This document shows positions 48,416 to 61,977 of a stretch of 64,000 nucleotides of DNA, in pieces; position 1 is the stretch's first letter, and every line of letters starts with the position of its first letter. Source of the DNA: Stegostoma tigrinum (lineage: Eukaryota). The translations under genes and the position numbers were made by a program. The notes under the pieces were generated by a model. That model saw only the letters and a list, made by a program, of their open reading frames with translations. It made no database searches and was not told where the DNA came from. The stretch covers positions 38,230,078-38,294,077 of the forward strand of contig NC_081366.1 in assembly GCF_030684315.1 (NCBI RefSeq), written 5' to 3'.

Positions 48416-51400
48416 GTCCATTCCAGTCCTTAAACACATGCTGCACAAAAAAGATTTTCCTTGTGTCACTCTTAGTTCTATTATTATTCACAATAAATCT
48501 GGATCTCACTATCTTGCTAGATATTTTCTCACCATCTACATTAATTTGAACGAAAGGAAACATGGAGAGTTGGAAAGGATTAGGGAAGAAATTCCAGATC
48601 TTAGGTTCTTGGCAGCTGAAGATCTTCTATATTGAAATCAATTATGCTAAAGAGGTAAGGTGGCTGTTCGGTTTTTAGCCTCCTGCCACATTCCAATACA
48701 GGATGCACATAGGTTGAGTATTTGAAGTTTGGAGTAACCCTTTGGCCTTGTGAGGGATAGATCCTTCATTCAGTCAACCACTGCCAATGGCAGCCAAAAA
48801 TGCTGATTTCAGATATTTGATCTTAAATTCAACAAATTACGCAAGAGTAGAGTCTCAGTGGTTCCGAAAGACAACCTTTTGGCTTTGATGGCTAATGTTG
48901 ATGTCAACGATATAAAATCACTTCCACAGTGGCAAGCATCCTGAAAAAAAGACTTTTCACCCCCATTTTATATCCTTATGATGCTGCTCTCAATGTTATG
49001 TGATGAGGCCTGTGATTGTCTTAGCAACTTCCGGTCATTTGAAGTTATTTTCATGTCATACAATGTGCCATGAGGAAAGATACTATCTTATTGTCCTCTT
49101 CACCACCATTCATTAATTAGAAATGCCGAAGGGAAGGATGTTCAATCCAGAATGGTCAAATGCAGTTTTACAGCATAGAGCAGAAAGAACATCATACAAT
49201 CCACAATTTATGCTGAAATGATATCAATGTTAGTCACTGCAGAAAGGAAAACATGAATCATCATGTTTTGCAGAAAACACAATCTAACACCCAAAGTTCC
49301 TTCACTTAAATCACCTATGTTGATGTAAAATAATAAAGTGACTGCTGTTGAACTCTGTAAAGCCTACATGATTTGGCACCGCCAGTCTTACAGTGGTATT
49401 GTCTGCAGTGTAGAAAATGATGAAAGAAATATACATGATTCCTCCATAGCCAGCATGGGTAAACAAAGCCAAAAACGTTGAAAATGAATGGTCTAGCACA
49501 ACATTTCTGTCCAGAAGTTCTTTGATTACGGAAAGCAAAAGACATTTTTTACTCTTTGGCAACTAATGTCTGCAACAAGGGTACAGCAAAGTTTGGTTTT
49601 CAGATATCATAGTTTTGAGATGGAGGCTCAGTATTTAAATTTTTATAACGATAGACAGGGAACCACAGAAAAAAGTCGCAATCATGCTATTATCCAAATC
49701 CACACTTCCATTGATCTTTCATGTAATCACCTGTTCCTGACAGAAAGCATAATAGTAGTTACCAAAAGTTGAAAAGTGCTCAAAAGGACATTGTTGTAAC
49801 CAGTTGTTTCACTCACATTTTATGTAGGGCAACAAGGTATACTGTAAGAAACTAAAGATCATTCTCACAATATTGTTTCTACATGCAGAACACCACAGTA
49901 GAGAGATTTCTGTAACTTACTTCAAGTGGAAGGGTGCAGTCTATTGAGGCATGTCATGTCCAGGTGGTTTCCTTTATTGCTGTGTTATTGACAGGTTACT
50001 GAAACGCTAGAGACTTATGACAAGCTACATTCAGTATTCGGTGAGGAAATATGATCAAAATAGCATCAGGATACTTCAGGAACAAGGGGATGCCAAGGAA
50101 ATGACTGAGGCTTACTTTCTCGGCAATGCACTGCAACTATTTAGGAACTGTACTGAAGCTTTAGAGGCTAATTTGATCAGTGTATGAGCTTACAAGCAAT
50201 CTGAATAGGAACCCAGACAATAGGATTTAGTCATTTTTTTTGCATTCACTGCTAATGATAGACTGAAATAATTAAAACAAGATTTGGTCTGAAAATGTCA
50301 CTAAGCCATTATTGGTTATAAAAAGTCAAAAGTATATTAGTAACAGAAATGAAAACGGATTTCACAGTTGATTGTCCAAATAAGTCAATGCAAATCCTTT
50401 GAACAATTTTGCAACCGTGTTCAAGTGTGCAGTTCTTGTGCTTTGAAATAGTTTAGCATTGTGAGAAGTGTTACATCCTCACCATAGAGGAAGCGTTGCT
50501 AGACCAGTGAGGAGGCAAACCTGGAATTTTTCAACAAAGTGCAGGGAAAAAAATATCATGAGCATGAAAAATATAGCTTTTATATATGCTGCATAGCACA
50601 CCTAAAAGGACTTTTCTCCATGTGACCACTGCTTTGAGAAATGAGAGCAACCAGCTGGAGATGCATAGCATGAAAACACTTCTGGACTGCATCAATTTCT
50701 CAGAAGAATGCAAACACATATGCCTTGAGTTCCGAGGGAGCAAAAAAGCTCTGGTTGTCAACATAAGTGGCCAAAGTATTAAAAAAAACTAGCACTAGTT
50801 CACATGGTGGGGAGATTGGCTTCAAATTTTTATATTATTGATTGTTGTACTATATATGCAATTTCAATTCTAATTTTAATTATATTAGCAGACCTTAAAC
50901 CCCTGGCCATTTTGCCTGTGTGAATGGGTGAGTGGTCATCAGAGGCCCAGGGTATTTCCGTAGTACGCATACATCTTGGAGTTGTGACTGGAGACGATTA
51001 TAGATGCAGGGAAGGCAAGATCATCAAGGAATTTGAAAACAATTATGAAAATTTAAAAATCAACGTGATGGGGATCCAGCAAAGATCACTAACTATGGAT
51101 GAGGGGCAAATGAGGCCCAATGTGAAATTAGCATGTTTTAGTTTAGCAACTGAACTGATGTTTGTTCAAAATCATTAAATAATTTGTGAAAAAACCTTCG
51201 CACAAAGACCTCAGCGTTATCCTTTCCATTAAACAAATGATTTCTACATGCATTCTGAATCTTGTTTCTCCATTTTGCTTCACTGCAAGGCAAGAAATAA
51301 CAACGGAGAGAGCTGACGGGGTGGTTTGCCAGATAGTCTCATTCATAACTTGCTAAATCATACATTTCCTTGAAATTAATTCCAAGTAGTCTGTATTTCA

Positions 51401-51524
51401 AAATCACAAAAATATCGTCTCCAGTATTTGTACCCACATCCTGGTAATGAATAAAAGTCTCAAAAGAAAATGATATAATTGACATTGGAATGGAGGAAGG
51501 AGAAGAGAGAGGGCCATGAGCTCT

Positions 51525-52290
51525 GCACACGCGCCGTTGGCTTGTTTTTCGGGAGTAGCCAGCCCTGCGCAGGCGCAGTGGTGGCGCGTGACTTAGAACT
51601 TCCGGTCCGCTGAGGCGATCTCCACGCTTTGAAAAAGAAAAGAAGCGGAAGGAGACGCGCTGTTAACGGACGTCCTGTGGCCGTTAACGTTGACACATCA
51701 AAATTAGTGTTTAGTTGAGGTTTCCTGGAGGGGCTATTGTCTTGTCGCCGGTGAGTGGCCTTGCTTAGGGGTTAAGTTTTATTTTTTTTAAACGTGTTCG
51801 CTTGGAGAAGGCGAATGCGCGGCTGATTGATGCGTGCGCGCGGTCTCCGCTCGGCGCCGAGGCCTCGTTTTCCCGGCGGCGCCTCGCTCGGCCTTTTGTT
51901 TCCCTTGTCTCTTTTAATCGACGGCTCGCACCGATCCAGGTCTGTCCGCGGCTCCGCAGCGCGAGGGGCTTGCTGGCGGTTGCCCTGGATTGAATTTCTT
52001 TGCTCAATTCTGTTAAACGTTGGATGCCGCCCGGTGCCGATTTGAGGCCTAACGAGCCTCCCCTCCCCCACCACCTCCCGCCCACATCCTCCCGGGATTT
52101 CCACAAAGCTGGGACTTGTCCGATTTGTATCTTTATTACGCCAAAGAGAGTGAAAGGGCCAGAAAGAGAGAGCGTGTTTCTCGACGACAGTGCGAATTTT
52201 ATATTCTGTAGCGATTTGCATTGGTTATGTCCGAGGTTCGTCTTGTTTTTCGCATTACGAGAGTAGATGGAAAATAATTGGTCCGCGTCT
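51525..52290 (+). promoter_or_regulatory. CpG-island promoter of HNRNPH1
   Basis: Dense CpG; NRF1-type TGCGCAGGCGCA 51566-51577; ETS/GABP ACTTCCGGT 51598-51606; island extends into intron 1. Confidence 0.85.
51600..51750 (+). other. HNRNPH1: HNRNPH1 non-coding exon 1 (start approximate)
   Basis: Strong donor CCG|gtgagt at 51750/51751 inside the CpG island, upstream of the acceptor at 53880. Confidence 0.7.
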
Positions 52291-53919
52291 GAGCAGCACC
52301 TGAGGCACTAATATGGTAAATGTAATTCCGAAGAAGTAATCAGAAAATGGTGACTAAACAGAATGGACGCTGATGGCCTTTTAAAAGGTCTATCCAATTT
52401 GAAGCCCTTTTTCTTACCTCTTCTTATATGTACTTAAAATGCTATTTTGGTATTTGCAAGTAGTGCTTGAAAATTGGCCGAAAGAACTGTTAGAGTAAAA
52501 TTTCTAATTACCGTTTTTTGGTTCAGTTAAAATTGCAGGTATTAGTTAGCTGTTTGGAGAAATAATTGTGAAAGTGCTTTTTTTAAGAAAACGAGATCAG
52601 TGATAATATTTTTAGATGAGATTCTTTTGAAAGTAATTGTTTATCTGGACCTGCTGCACCTTGTACTCAATTGTACTGAATGCATGATGGTTTCAAATAT
52701 GCTTGTTAGGGTAATAGTTTCTCAATTTGGTTGGAAATATGATCCAACTTAATTTGGATCTATCTGACTGAGGTTAAGACCACAGTCTGTCACAGGTTTA
52801 GTACACTTCTTCCTCTGTAATTAGTCATATATCTCCACTTTCTCAGAAAATGTTTGTTTGTTATATAATTATATCTTTCCCCTTTTTTAACTTAAATGTG
52901 TTCAAGTTCAGACCACTTTTTCTTGTAATTTTACTGACATTTTGTTTCTCAAACCCCAGCAATGTGGGTTAATGCAGAATTGGTGCAAATTTATTTTTTC
53001 TAATTGTGTCTGAAAGAGGGTTTTCAACTGTCAAATTATTGTGATGCACATTTTAATCAGTCACAACAGTTATAGGTATTTTTGGAAACACAAAGTGTTG
53101 GATTTGTTCGATTATGACCTGAAGTTGAATTTCTCCCTTGTATCCAAATTACAACACACTGGTCTATCACCCAAAGTGTCTGTTAGTCAATAGCAATGCT
53201 AACCTGGGCCAGTTCTGTCTACTCGGGTACATGCTTTGAACTACTGTGGATTTGTTTATTTGCAAGTCTACATGATGTATCAACCAAGTTAAAGGCAATT
53301 CATTTTTCAGATGTTGGTCAGACTTTATTAATAGCTAGCCTACCTTTCCATCATTCATTTGACAATGTCATTGCAACAATACGTGTTTGCACTGGCAGAG
53401 GTGTAAAGATTAAGACCTATGGTTCAGTGGGTAACACTCTTGGACTGTTGCAAGATAGATTCCAGTCCTACTGCCTAGAATTTGTAATTTGATTAACAAA
53501 ATCAAGATTGAAGCTCCACTGTTGTATTGTGCAGTGCTGCATGGGCAAAATGCTGTTCTGAAGTCTCATGTGGAAAGTTCTAACTAATTATTATTTATCA
53601 ATCAACGAGCAATGCTTTCTGTTTAAAAAGCAGATTGTTATTCATGGGCGAATTTGGCATGCAGTGCGAAATAATGACTTTGAAACTTTGGTTAGGTAGT
53701 GTTTTGGGGACATGTTGAGATTGTGAAAGGATCTCTGAATGAGAGTTTATCATGCCAAGCACTTCCAGGATACCTTCTCAATGAGGGGTTCAATGCAAAT
53801 AAGCTAATATTTAAGTTTGTTCTATGTCTAATATATTGATCACTTAAATGTAAAAAAAATGTTGAAATTGTCTGATTCAGGATTTTTAAAAGGAAAACTT
53901 ACTGCATCGAAAAGAAGTC

Positions 53920-54010
53920 ATGTCTAGTTCAGAAACTGATGGATTTGTTGTCCGGGTCCGTGGATTACCCTGGTCATCTGCTGCTGAGGAAGTGTTACGC
54001 TTTTTTTCTG
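53920..54010 (+). CDS. HNRNPH1: hnRNP H, first coding exon (exon starts 53881)
   Basis: attcag acceptor at 53880, ATG at 53920; [30 protein letters not shown] (qRRM1 RGLPW), donor gtatgt. Confidence 0.95.
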
Positions 54011-55399
54011 GTATGTAAGATGAAAAAGTGATCGAAGTTGACCATATTTTAGTAAGTCTGTAAATGTTATTTCTATATAAGCATATCAAGAATGTTTACC
54101 ATACATGTTCCACAAGAATACTGTTATGAAGTGAGTGTTGCTATTTATATTTTTTAATATTAACTACATCTTTAAAAATGTCTTGAAGCAGAACTTCTGT
54201 ATGCATTTATATAACTTTGTCCTTCATTTAATAGTGCACTAAATATGGAATAAGTTTACGTTCCTCACAATTAAATTTTGAAGTTCACTGAATTTGAAAT
54301 AAGTTTTAAAATTGGTTTTCAATAGCATTCGAGTTCTGGCATGCTCCTGTCTTTTTAATAATGAAGAATCTAACAGGGATTGATTTTCTGAAAAGTGAAG
54401 CATCCTTAAAATGAATGCACTATTGAGTTTAGGTGTCAGTCGCATTCACTTTTTGAGATCATTTAACCAGATTTGTGTTGATTTTCAATATTGTTGTAGT
54501 TGCATTTTCAGACTTTTTAAAAAAAACCTTGACAATCCATTCTTTTTCTCCCAAGAAATAGTATTAATAGCATTGCTTTCCCCAACACACTTGTAATCAG
54601 TTCTCATATTTTAAAAATTCAAAATATCACCCTGCCCAAAAATGCAGCTAATTAAGTTGAAGCTGACATAATAAAACTCTTACTGTTTCTCTCATTTTAT
54701 TTTCTGAAGGCTTATTTTCTTTGTTATTGCATAGATGACATAGCAGCTACGATGCATCTCAAGTCGTTCATTTTCGTCTTCACTGAATGTTTTCAGTGCT
54801 ACAGTCCTTCGTTCTGTCCTCGGTGTAATTTTCCCTGATCTTTTCCAACTGAATGCTGATGTTAAAATGGGACATCGAAGTGTAGATTGGTAGAGTGAAC
54901 GCACACAATTGAAAGGACCAGTGTTTTGGCTAATTTCCTAACAGTTTTTAACTTCACAAAGAATGTTGGGTAAAGTAGAAACTTCAGTACAGTGGTACAT
55001 GAGGTTGCACTAAATTTGAACCTGTGGAATAGATGTAATGGTGTGGGTTCAGGATTTGTTAATGAGCAGCAACAAAAACATGAATAATTAAAATATATTG
55101 GCAGTTTGTAACTTTGAGGTAGAATACATTCGATGCTTGTTTGGTTATTTTATGTCTGTGACTTCCATGTAACCAAGCTTATTATATTAGTACCATTCAC
55201 TTAAAGTTAGGTGGAAAGATGGAATAGGCAGAAATGGCTGAAGTTTAAGATTAGCCAAATATCCACTTTAGCAGGAATGGGAGCTTGGGGGTGGGTGAAG
55301 AATACTTTTAAATGGTAATTTTCATATTGAGGGATTTGTTATTGAAGATAAATTGTTAAATGAAAATGAATACTGTGCCTAATTCTGCTCTCACACTGT

Positions 55400-56260
55400 A
55401 GTAAAAGGTGACTATTTGAGAAGTTAGAGTGAATTGCTAAGCAAGGTTAGATCATATGACATACAGGGAGAACAAGCCCTTTGGATACAAAACTGGCTCA
55501 GGTAGAAGACAGAGGGTGATGGTGGTTAAGGGTTGCATTTCAGACTGGAGGCCTGTGACCAGTGGTATGCCAGAAGGATCGATGCTGGGTCCCCTGCTTT
55601 TTGTCATTTATATAAATGACTTGGATGTGAATGTAGGTGGTTTAATTAGTAAATCTGCTGATGACACCAAAATTAGTGATCTGGTGAACAATGAAGAAGG
55701 TTACCTCAGTACAATAGAATCATGATCAGATGAGCTATTGGCCCAAGCAGTGGCAGATGCAGTCTAATTTAGATAAATGAGAGGTGCTGCATTTTGCAAT
55801 GGCAAATCGGGGCAGGACTTGTACACTTAATGGGAAAGCCCTGGAGAGTGTTGCTAAACAAAAACCTTGGAGTGCAGGTACAAAGTTCCTTGAAAGTGGA
55901 ATTGCAGGTAGAAAGGATAGTGAAAAAGGCAATTGGTATGGTTTTTTTATTGGTCAATCTGTTGAGTATAGAAGTTGGGAGGCCATGTTCCAGATGGTTA
56001 GGCAGCTTTCAGAATAGCGTGTGCAGTTTGGGTCTCCCTGCTATAGGAAGAATGTTGTGAAACTTAAAAGGGTTCAGAAAGGATTTACAAGAATATTGCC
56101 ACGACTGAAGGGTTTGAGCTGTAGGGAGAGGCTGTGGCTATTTTCCCTAGTGTCTGAGGCTGGGGGGGTGACCTTAGAGGATTATAACATTGTGGGGCAT
56201 GGTGAATAGGCAAGGTTCCACCCCTGGTTGGTGGAGTCTAAAACTAGAGGGCAGAGTTTT
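55400..56260 (+). mobile_element. CR1/HER1-like LINE fragment in an HNRNPH1 intron
   Basis: WRPVTSGMPEGSMLGPLLFVIYINDLD...SADDTK RT motifs in ORF 55456-55725, frameshifted downstream. Confidence 0.9.
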
Positions 56261-56446
56261 AATTGCTGAGATAGCCAAGCTCTGAAAACTTATGATTTCT
56301 GGGATCTTTGGGGTCCTTGTCTCTATTAAATGAAGGGAGTGCCAAAATAGTGTTTTGTGTAATGTCAGAAATTGAATGAACTCTATTTCAGAAAATATGA
56401 GGAGAGCAGTGTCCAAAAGATAGAAATCAAGGTTACTAACAAGTCA

Positions 56447-56600
56447 GGCCGAGCAGGAAGGCTGACATTTTGGGCCTAGAAGAAGGGTCTAGGACCAAAA
56501 CGTCAGACTTCCTGCTCCTCTGGTGCTTGGCCTGCTGTGTTCATCCAGCTCTACACCTTGTTATCTCATTCTTCAGCATCTGCAGTTCCTACTATCTCTG
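56447..56600. mobile_element. miniature inverted PLE-tail element (family A) with 12-bp TSD
   Basis: actaacaagtca at 56435-56446 and 56601-56612; inversion centre lies inside the hammerhead motif. Confidence 0.8.
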
Positions 56601-56966
56601 ACTAACAAGTCACATTTGTAATGATTCGAAATTCACTTTACAGGCTGAGGTAAGTTTCTTTTTGGCAAAATGTCTATCGTTGGACAATTGACTGTCTCTA
56701 TGGTTACTTTGTCTAACTATATATCTACCAGAAGGCCTAGGTTCAAGTTCCACTTACTCCATAGGTGTATCATGATGTGACTGATTTTAAAAGGAATGAT
56801 TTGACTTGATATATGTATCCTTATGAAGCAACTTGTTGATTTTAATTTTGGATGTATTGCTGGAACTCCTGGTTTAAGTTATAGGTTAGTTATAAAATCT
56901 CATTGGGAATTCAGTATTTTTGTGTGATTATATCTGTAATGTTTTAACTTGACTTTTACATTTCAG

Positions 56967-57122
56967 ATTGCAAAATCTTAAATGGGATTTCTGGAATTCA
57001 TTTTACCTATACCAGGGAAGGTCGGCCAAGTGGGGAAGCATTCATACAACTGGAAACTGAAGATGATGTCAAAATTGCTTTGAAAAAAGACAAAGAAAGT
57101 ATGGGGCATAGATATGTAGAAG
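56967..57122 (+). CDS. HNRNPH1: hnRNP H, second coding exon
   Basis: 156 nt, tttcag/gtaagt; (D)[51 protein letters not shown]. Confidence 0.96.
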
Positions 57123-57729
57123 GTAAGTTCATGAGTAAGCATCACTAAAAGGAGATAAGCTAAACCATTTTGTTTTGCACTCATCAGAACCAAGGGGGGG
57201 GGCAAAAAAACTTTAAGACTTGGGGTGGTGGGGAGGTGAGGTGAGATTTTTATACAGAAAAGGGAAAAGGTGCTGATTGGACCATAATTGCTAACCAGGC
57301 TGACATTCTGCAGACACACAAACCAAAATCCTTAGAAGAATTCAGTAGGTCTGGCAGCATCTGTGGAGGGAAAACAAGCTAATGTTTTGGGTCCAGTGAT
57401 ACTTGCTAAGATCATAGACTAGGAGGCTGCTTTGCCTGACACCTACATTGTATTTGCAAACATCATCCTGAGTTTCTGGTTGCCTCCCACCTCAACACCA
57501 TACCATGTTCCCCGGCCAGCATGTGTCTCAAGCTTGCAGAGATTCTCCAGTGAACGTCAGCATGAGCTGGAAGAACAGTTTGTTTCTGCTTGAGGACCCT
57601 ACAGCCTTCAGAATTCTGTCAACTTCAATAATTTTAGGGTCCAAGCACTTTGTGCGTCTTTGCCCACACACCAGTCCATGGTGTTTCAAGGGCTGCTTTC
57701 ATCACACCTGTTCTCACCCACTAATGGTC

Positions 57730-58860
57730 CCCACTGGCAGCTGAAGTCTGACTACGTAATTGTTGTTTGCCATAAGATCTTAGCTGATTCACTAATGTCC
57801 TTTAGGGGAGGAAATCTGCCATCCTTATCTGATCTAGGCAATATGTCATTCCCAGATTTCCAAAAATGTAGTTGATTCTTCAGTGCCTAACTTCCATTCT
57901 GAAATGGTCTAGCGAGCCTATTAGATGTATCAAACCACAATGACCTTCCAAGAAATTTGACCTAGGCATTAGAAGCAATGAGGCCAAACCTGTCCACCCT
58001 GCAAAGTCATCCTTGCCGTATTTGGGGTATTGTGCAAATTTGGGAGAGCCGTCCCACAGACTAGTTAAGCAGTAACCTAATGTAGTTGTATTCTCAATCA
58101 TACCTTGCACTCAGCTAGACACCTTCGTCTTGGGTATGTTCTGTTCCATCAATGATCAGTGCATAATGGTATGGACAGGAAAGAGTTGCCTTGGAAATCT
58201 TCAATATTGATTCAAACTCAGTGTAATGGCATCAAGGAAACTACCTGATTACCGCCACCTACTTCCTTGGCTGATGAATGAGTACTGAGGGTGCCAAGGG
58301 CGCAGACTTTCCTCGGGATTACCTCCGTGAGCACTGTATTTGACCAAGCTGCTGAATTTGTCCTAGAAAGTCCTAGAATTTGTGTAGCAGATGAAAGGAG
58401 ACTGAAAAACTACTCCATCTCCTCACTATCTTTTGCAAATATGTCGGTTTATGAGATTGTTCGTTGAAGACACTGGATACTGCAAAGGCAGTTGGCACTG
58501 ACGGCGTTTGGCAGTTGTGCTCAAATCTCTACTCCAGAACTGGACACTCTCTTGTTCCGGTACAGCTACAACACTGGCAGATACTTGATACTGTGGAAAA
58601 TTGCCCAGGTATGCACTGTGCTTGGAAAAAGTAAGACCAATCCAATCTGACAATTACTGCCCTATCAGTCTACTCCTGACCATCAAAAAGTAATGGAAGG
58701 GATTGTTAACAGCCCTATAAGGCTATTTTTAACAATTAACCATCTTGCTGATGCATGGTTTATGTTCTTCCAAGGTCACCTGGCTCCTGACCTCATTCCA
58801 GCCTTGATCCATACTTGGACCAAAGAGTTGAACTTGGGGTGAGGTGAGAGACAAGGCAGC
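57730..58860 (+). mobile_element. degenerate L2-like LINE
   Basis: NYCPISLL...KVMEGIVNS RT remnant at 58650-58720; SINE-shared 5' segment at 57790-57930. Confidence 0.6.
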
Positions 58861-59515
58861 ATTTGTTCTGCCCTGTTTCTGTTGACGAGGTGTTGTAAAT
58901 CTGCTAAGTCACTTGCAGAATAAGTAACTTTGGATTTTTTTTGAAAAGTAGACAAAAGCGTGAGTGGGTAGGGTCTCGTCCACACAGACCCAGGGGCTTA
59001 GTTTTGCTTTTGGTGGTTGAATCGGGTTTTGGGGTGAACCTGCTGTACAGCTCTGCTGCAAAAACCCGCTCTCTTTCTGCTACTAAATTCATTCTTTGTG
59101 TTTCTTCTGGACTGAAGAAGGTTGCCAGTGAAGGAAATTAGTTTTGCTGAATTTGCCTTTACATGTGTGTGGTTAAGGTTGCTGTTGCATTGGAACAGTT
59201 GATGAGTTGTAGTAACTTTTACATTTTGAATTTACTATAAGAATGAAGTGTTTCGCTTAAAGCCTATTATTTTGGCGAGTTGAATCACATCTCAGACACA
59301 GTGTCTAACACTTCCTTTTAAGATAAAATTAGTGTCTAGACGATCTCCTTGGTATGTTTTGAGGGCTGTAGTCCACAATGTAATAAACAATGCTAAATTA
59401 GCAGATGATCAAGCAGTGATTTGATCACTTGATTTTGAGATTGTTATTTCTGAAACATTTTCAGATTTAACTGCTTGCTTTTCTAAAATTATTTCTTGAA
59501 CTTTTTCAAACCTAG

Positions 59516-59659
59516 TATTTAAATCTAACAACATTGAAATGGATTGGGTCTTGAAGCACACTGGCCCCAATAGTCCTGATTCTTCGAACGATGGCTGTGT
59601 TCGTCTTAGGGGACTGCCCTTTGGCTGTAGCAAGGAGGAAATAGTACAGTTTTTTACAG
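59516..59659 (+). CDS. HNRNPH1: hnRNP H, third coding exon
   Basis: 144 nt, acctag/gtacag; (V)[47 protein letters not shown]. Confidence 0.96.
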
Positions 59660-61977
59660 GTACAGAAAGCAGATTTTTTAATGAATACAATTTAGTAAAA
59701 TGGCTGTTTTATTTAATTACTTGCTTTGTCTATTCTACAAATTTAGCTTTAAGATTAAATAAGTTAATGGTATTCATTTCCAGTTGATAAGGTAATATTT
59801 TCTATACTATATTCAGATTTGATTTAAATAACTATTATTTAAATGGGATGTAGCATATTAACTATGCAGTCAAGTAATTAATACTTGATGACTCAATCAA
59901 AAATTCCTGCCCTGGTTCAACTTTCCTGTTGCTTTTGTTTCGCATCTTTAGAAAATGTAGTAATTTATTCTGCTGATGAGTGTTGCACACTGGTTCAGAT
60001 CAAGATTAGAGTTATTGTTAAGATTCTGTTTCCAAAAACTTATCGTCACAGCATTATCCAGAAAAATTCACTCTTAGTTATAGCTATGTTCAAAATCCGA
60101 CTTGTCACTTGCCATCTGTTTTGTCACAAAAGGCCTGTTTTTTTTTTGAAGTCTACTCGGAAGTGAGAATTAATCTTGTATAAGCCTTGGTGCTTAATAC
60201 TACATTTTAGCCTAGTCTAAATCCTACCAAATCACCCTTATTTCAATAAATTTATTAATGAGACAGTAATTCATGGATATTTGTTGAAATGCTGAGCTAT
60301 ACATGTCTGGATTTTAACTTGCTTTTGTTTTCCCAAGGTGGCAACGATCAAATTTGCATCAAGATATGTTAAAAACGACCTCCAAGTGTATTTTTAAAGT
60401 AGCTTCCACACAGTTCATTCTCTCTCTTTCCAATCAATTCCTTTGCCCATCTTAATGAAATTTGTCCAATCATTCGCTTTCGTTCCCTAGTTCTCCATTT
60501 GTACTCAAGGGAAATCTCCAATATACCAGCCAAATGTAAAGTCTCAAAGTTTTGATATCCGTTTGAGTAAAGATGTGAGTTTACAACTGGATTGATAGGC
60601 TGTGCACTGGTCTGATTTTTGCTATTTCTTTCTTTCCGTCACCACTATTTATCCCCACCCCCATGTGTACGTGTGTAGACACAATCATTCTATTTCTCTT
60701 CATGTCAAGCGCCTTTTTTTTTAAAAAAGCCTACAGTTGGTTCCGTCATCCTGTTTATTCTTGGTCTGATCTAGTGTTTGTAGATGGATTTTTGGATTTA
60801 TATAGCATATTTAAATCTATGAAGGTATCAATTTGTTACTTTGGTTGCTAAACCTTCAAACATGGGTAACAAAAGACACGCTGTTAATGTGCCAGAATGG
60901 TACAACAGGCAAGTTAAAATACCAAGTACGGATCTAAGCTGCTGGAGGCAACAAGTGAAGGCTGATTGCTTACCAGTAAGTAGGCGAAGAAATTATAGGG
61001 GGAGCACTGACTCGGCTTCTGAAGGCTGTAAACAGTAGCTTCGTTGACCATCTCGCTCGGAGCAGATGGTGTGCTTGGCTGCTATATATTCGGCTGGTGA
61101 GAAGCTTGCCTAGCCTTTTTTTAAGGAAACTAAATGGTTTATTTCTGGGCTAGGTAAAGAGTAGGAATTCAATGTTGACAGGTCATTTAGACATTCCTGC
61201 ATATGCAAGGCAAAATATGGCCTGATCATGTTCCCTGCTGGTTGCTTGAGTAATTGTCATATCATGCAACTTGGAACAGTGCAGCCAGAAAAGCTGTATT
61301 CAAAGCATGGATTCATAAGCTGAGCCAACTGAATATGGTCTCAGTACCTGTAGAGTGGATGCAGTTAAAGTTGAGGATTTCCACTCTTGGCATTGCATGT
61401 GTGAACATCAGGTGAGAACAGGTTTGTGCTTGGCTGTGATGGCCCCACAGTCCAAAAGTGCACACCGATTCACACATGGCAAAATGACCTTTCAGGCGAA
61501 GCACTGGAATACATCTGACACTGGAACTAATGAGTTCCTGAAATTGATGGGGAGTTGGGCTTTGGTTTTATTTGCTAGATTTGGTCTCTTGAGTCAAACT
61601 AATTAATGCAGCTGCTTTCAATTTACTAGGGACTTGACTGTTTAGTTGTATTGTGTTACTGTGAATTCCTATTTTTCCTGACACTAAAATTTGGGAAGCT
61701 ATTTTAATTGTTTTTTTATATAATGATTATTGCTTTGTTCTAAGATGTTATGTGACACATATGGCTGTGCTTCAACCCAGGAAGTCCCCTGTGGTTGGTT
61801 AGGTTCTGGCATATATTTACACAGCATGATTGTCACACAACACTTTAGTGCATTTTAATTTTGAGCTGTAACTTAACTAGTTTACATTTTTTATGAATGC
61901 AACGTCATAAGTAATAATTAGGCATGTGCACCCTTTAATGCTATCCCCTACTGGGGTTATTTGTCCTTGGGTTGAAG

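Noticed and set aside
59970-60060. Intronic C/D snoRNA (TGATGA at about 59974)
   Set aside because: No D box with terminal stem at a suitable distance
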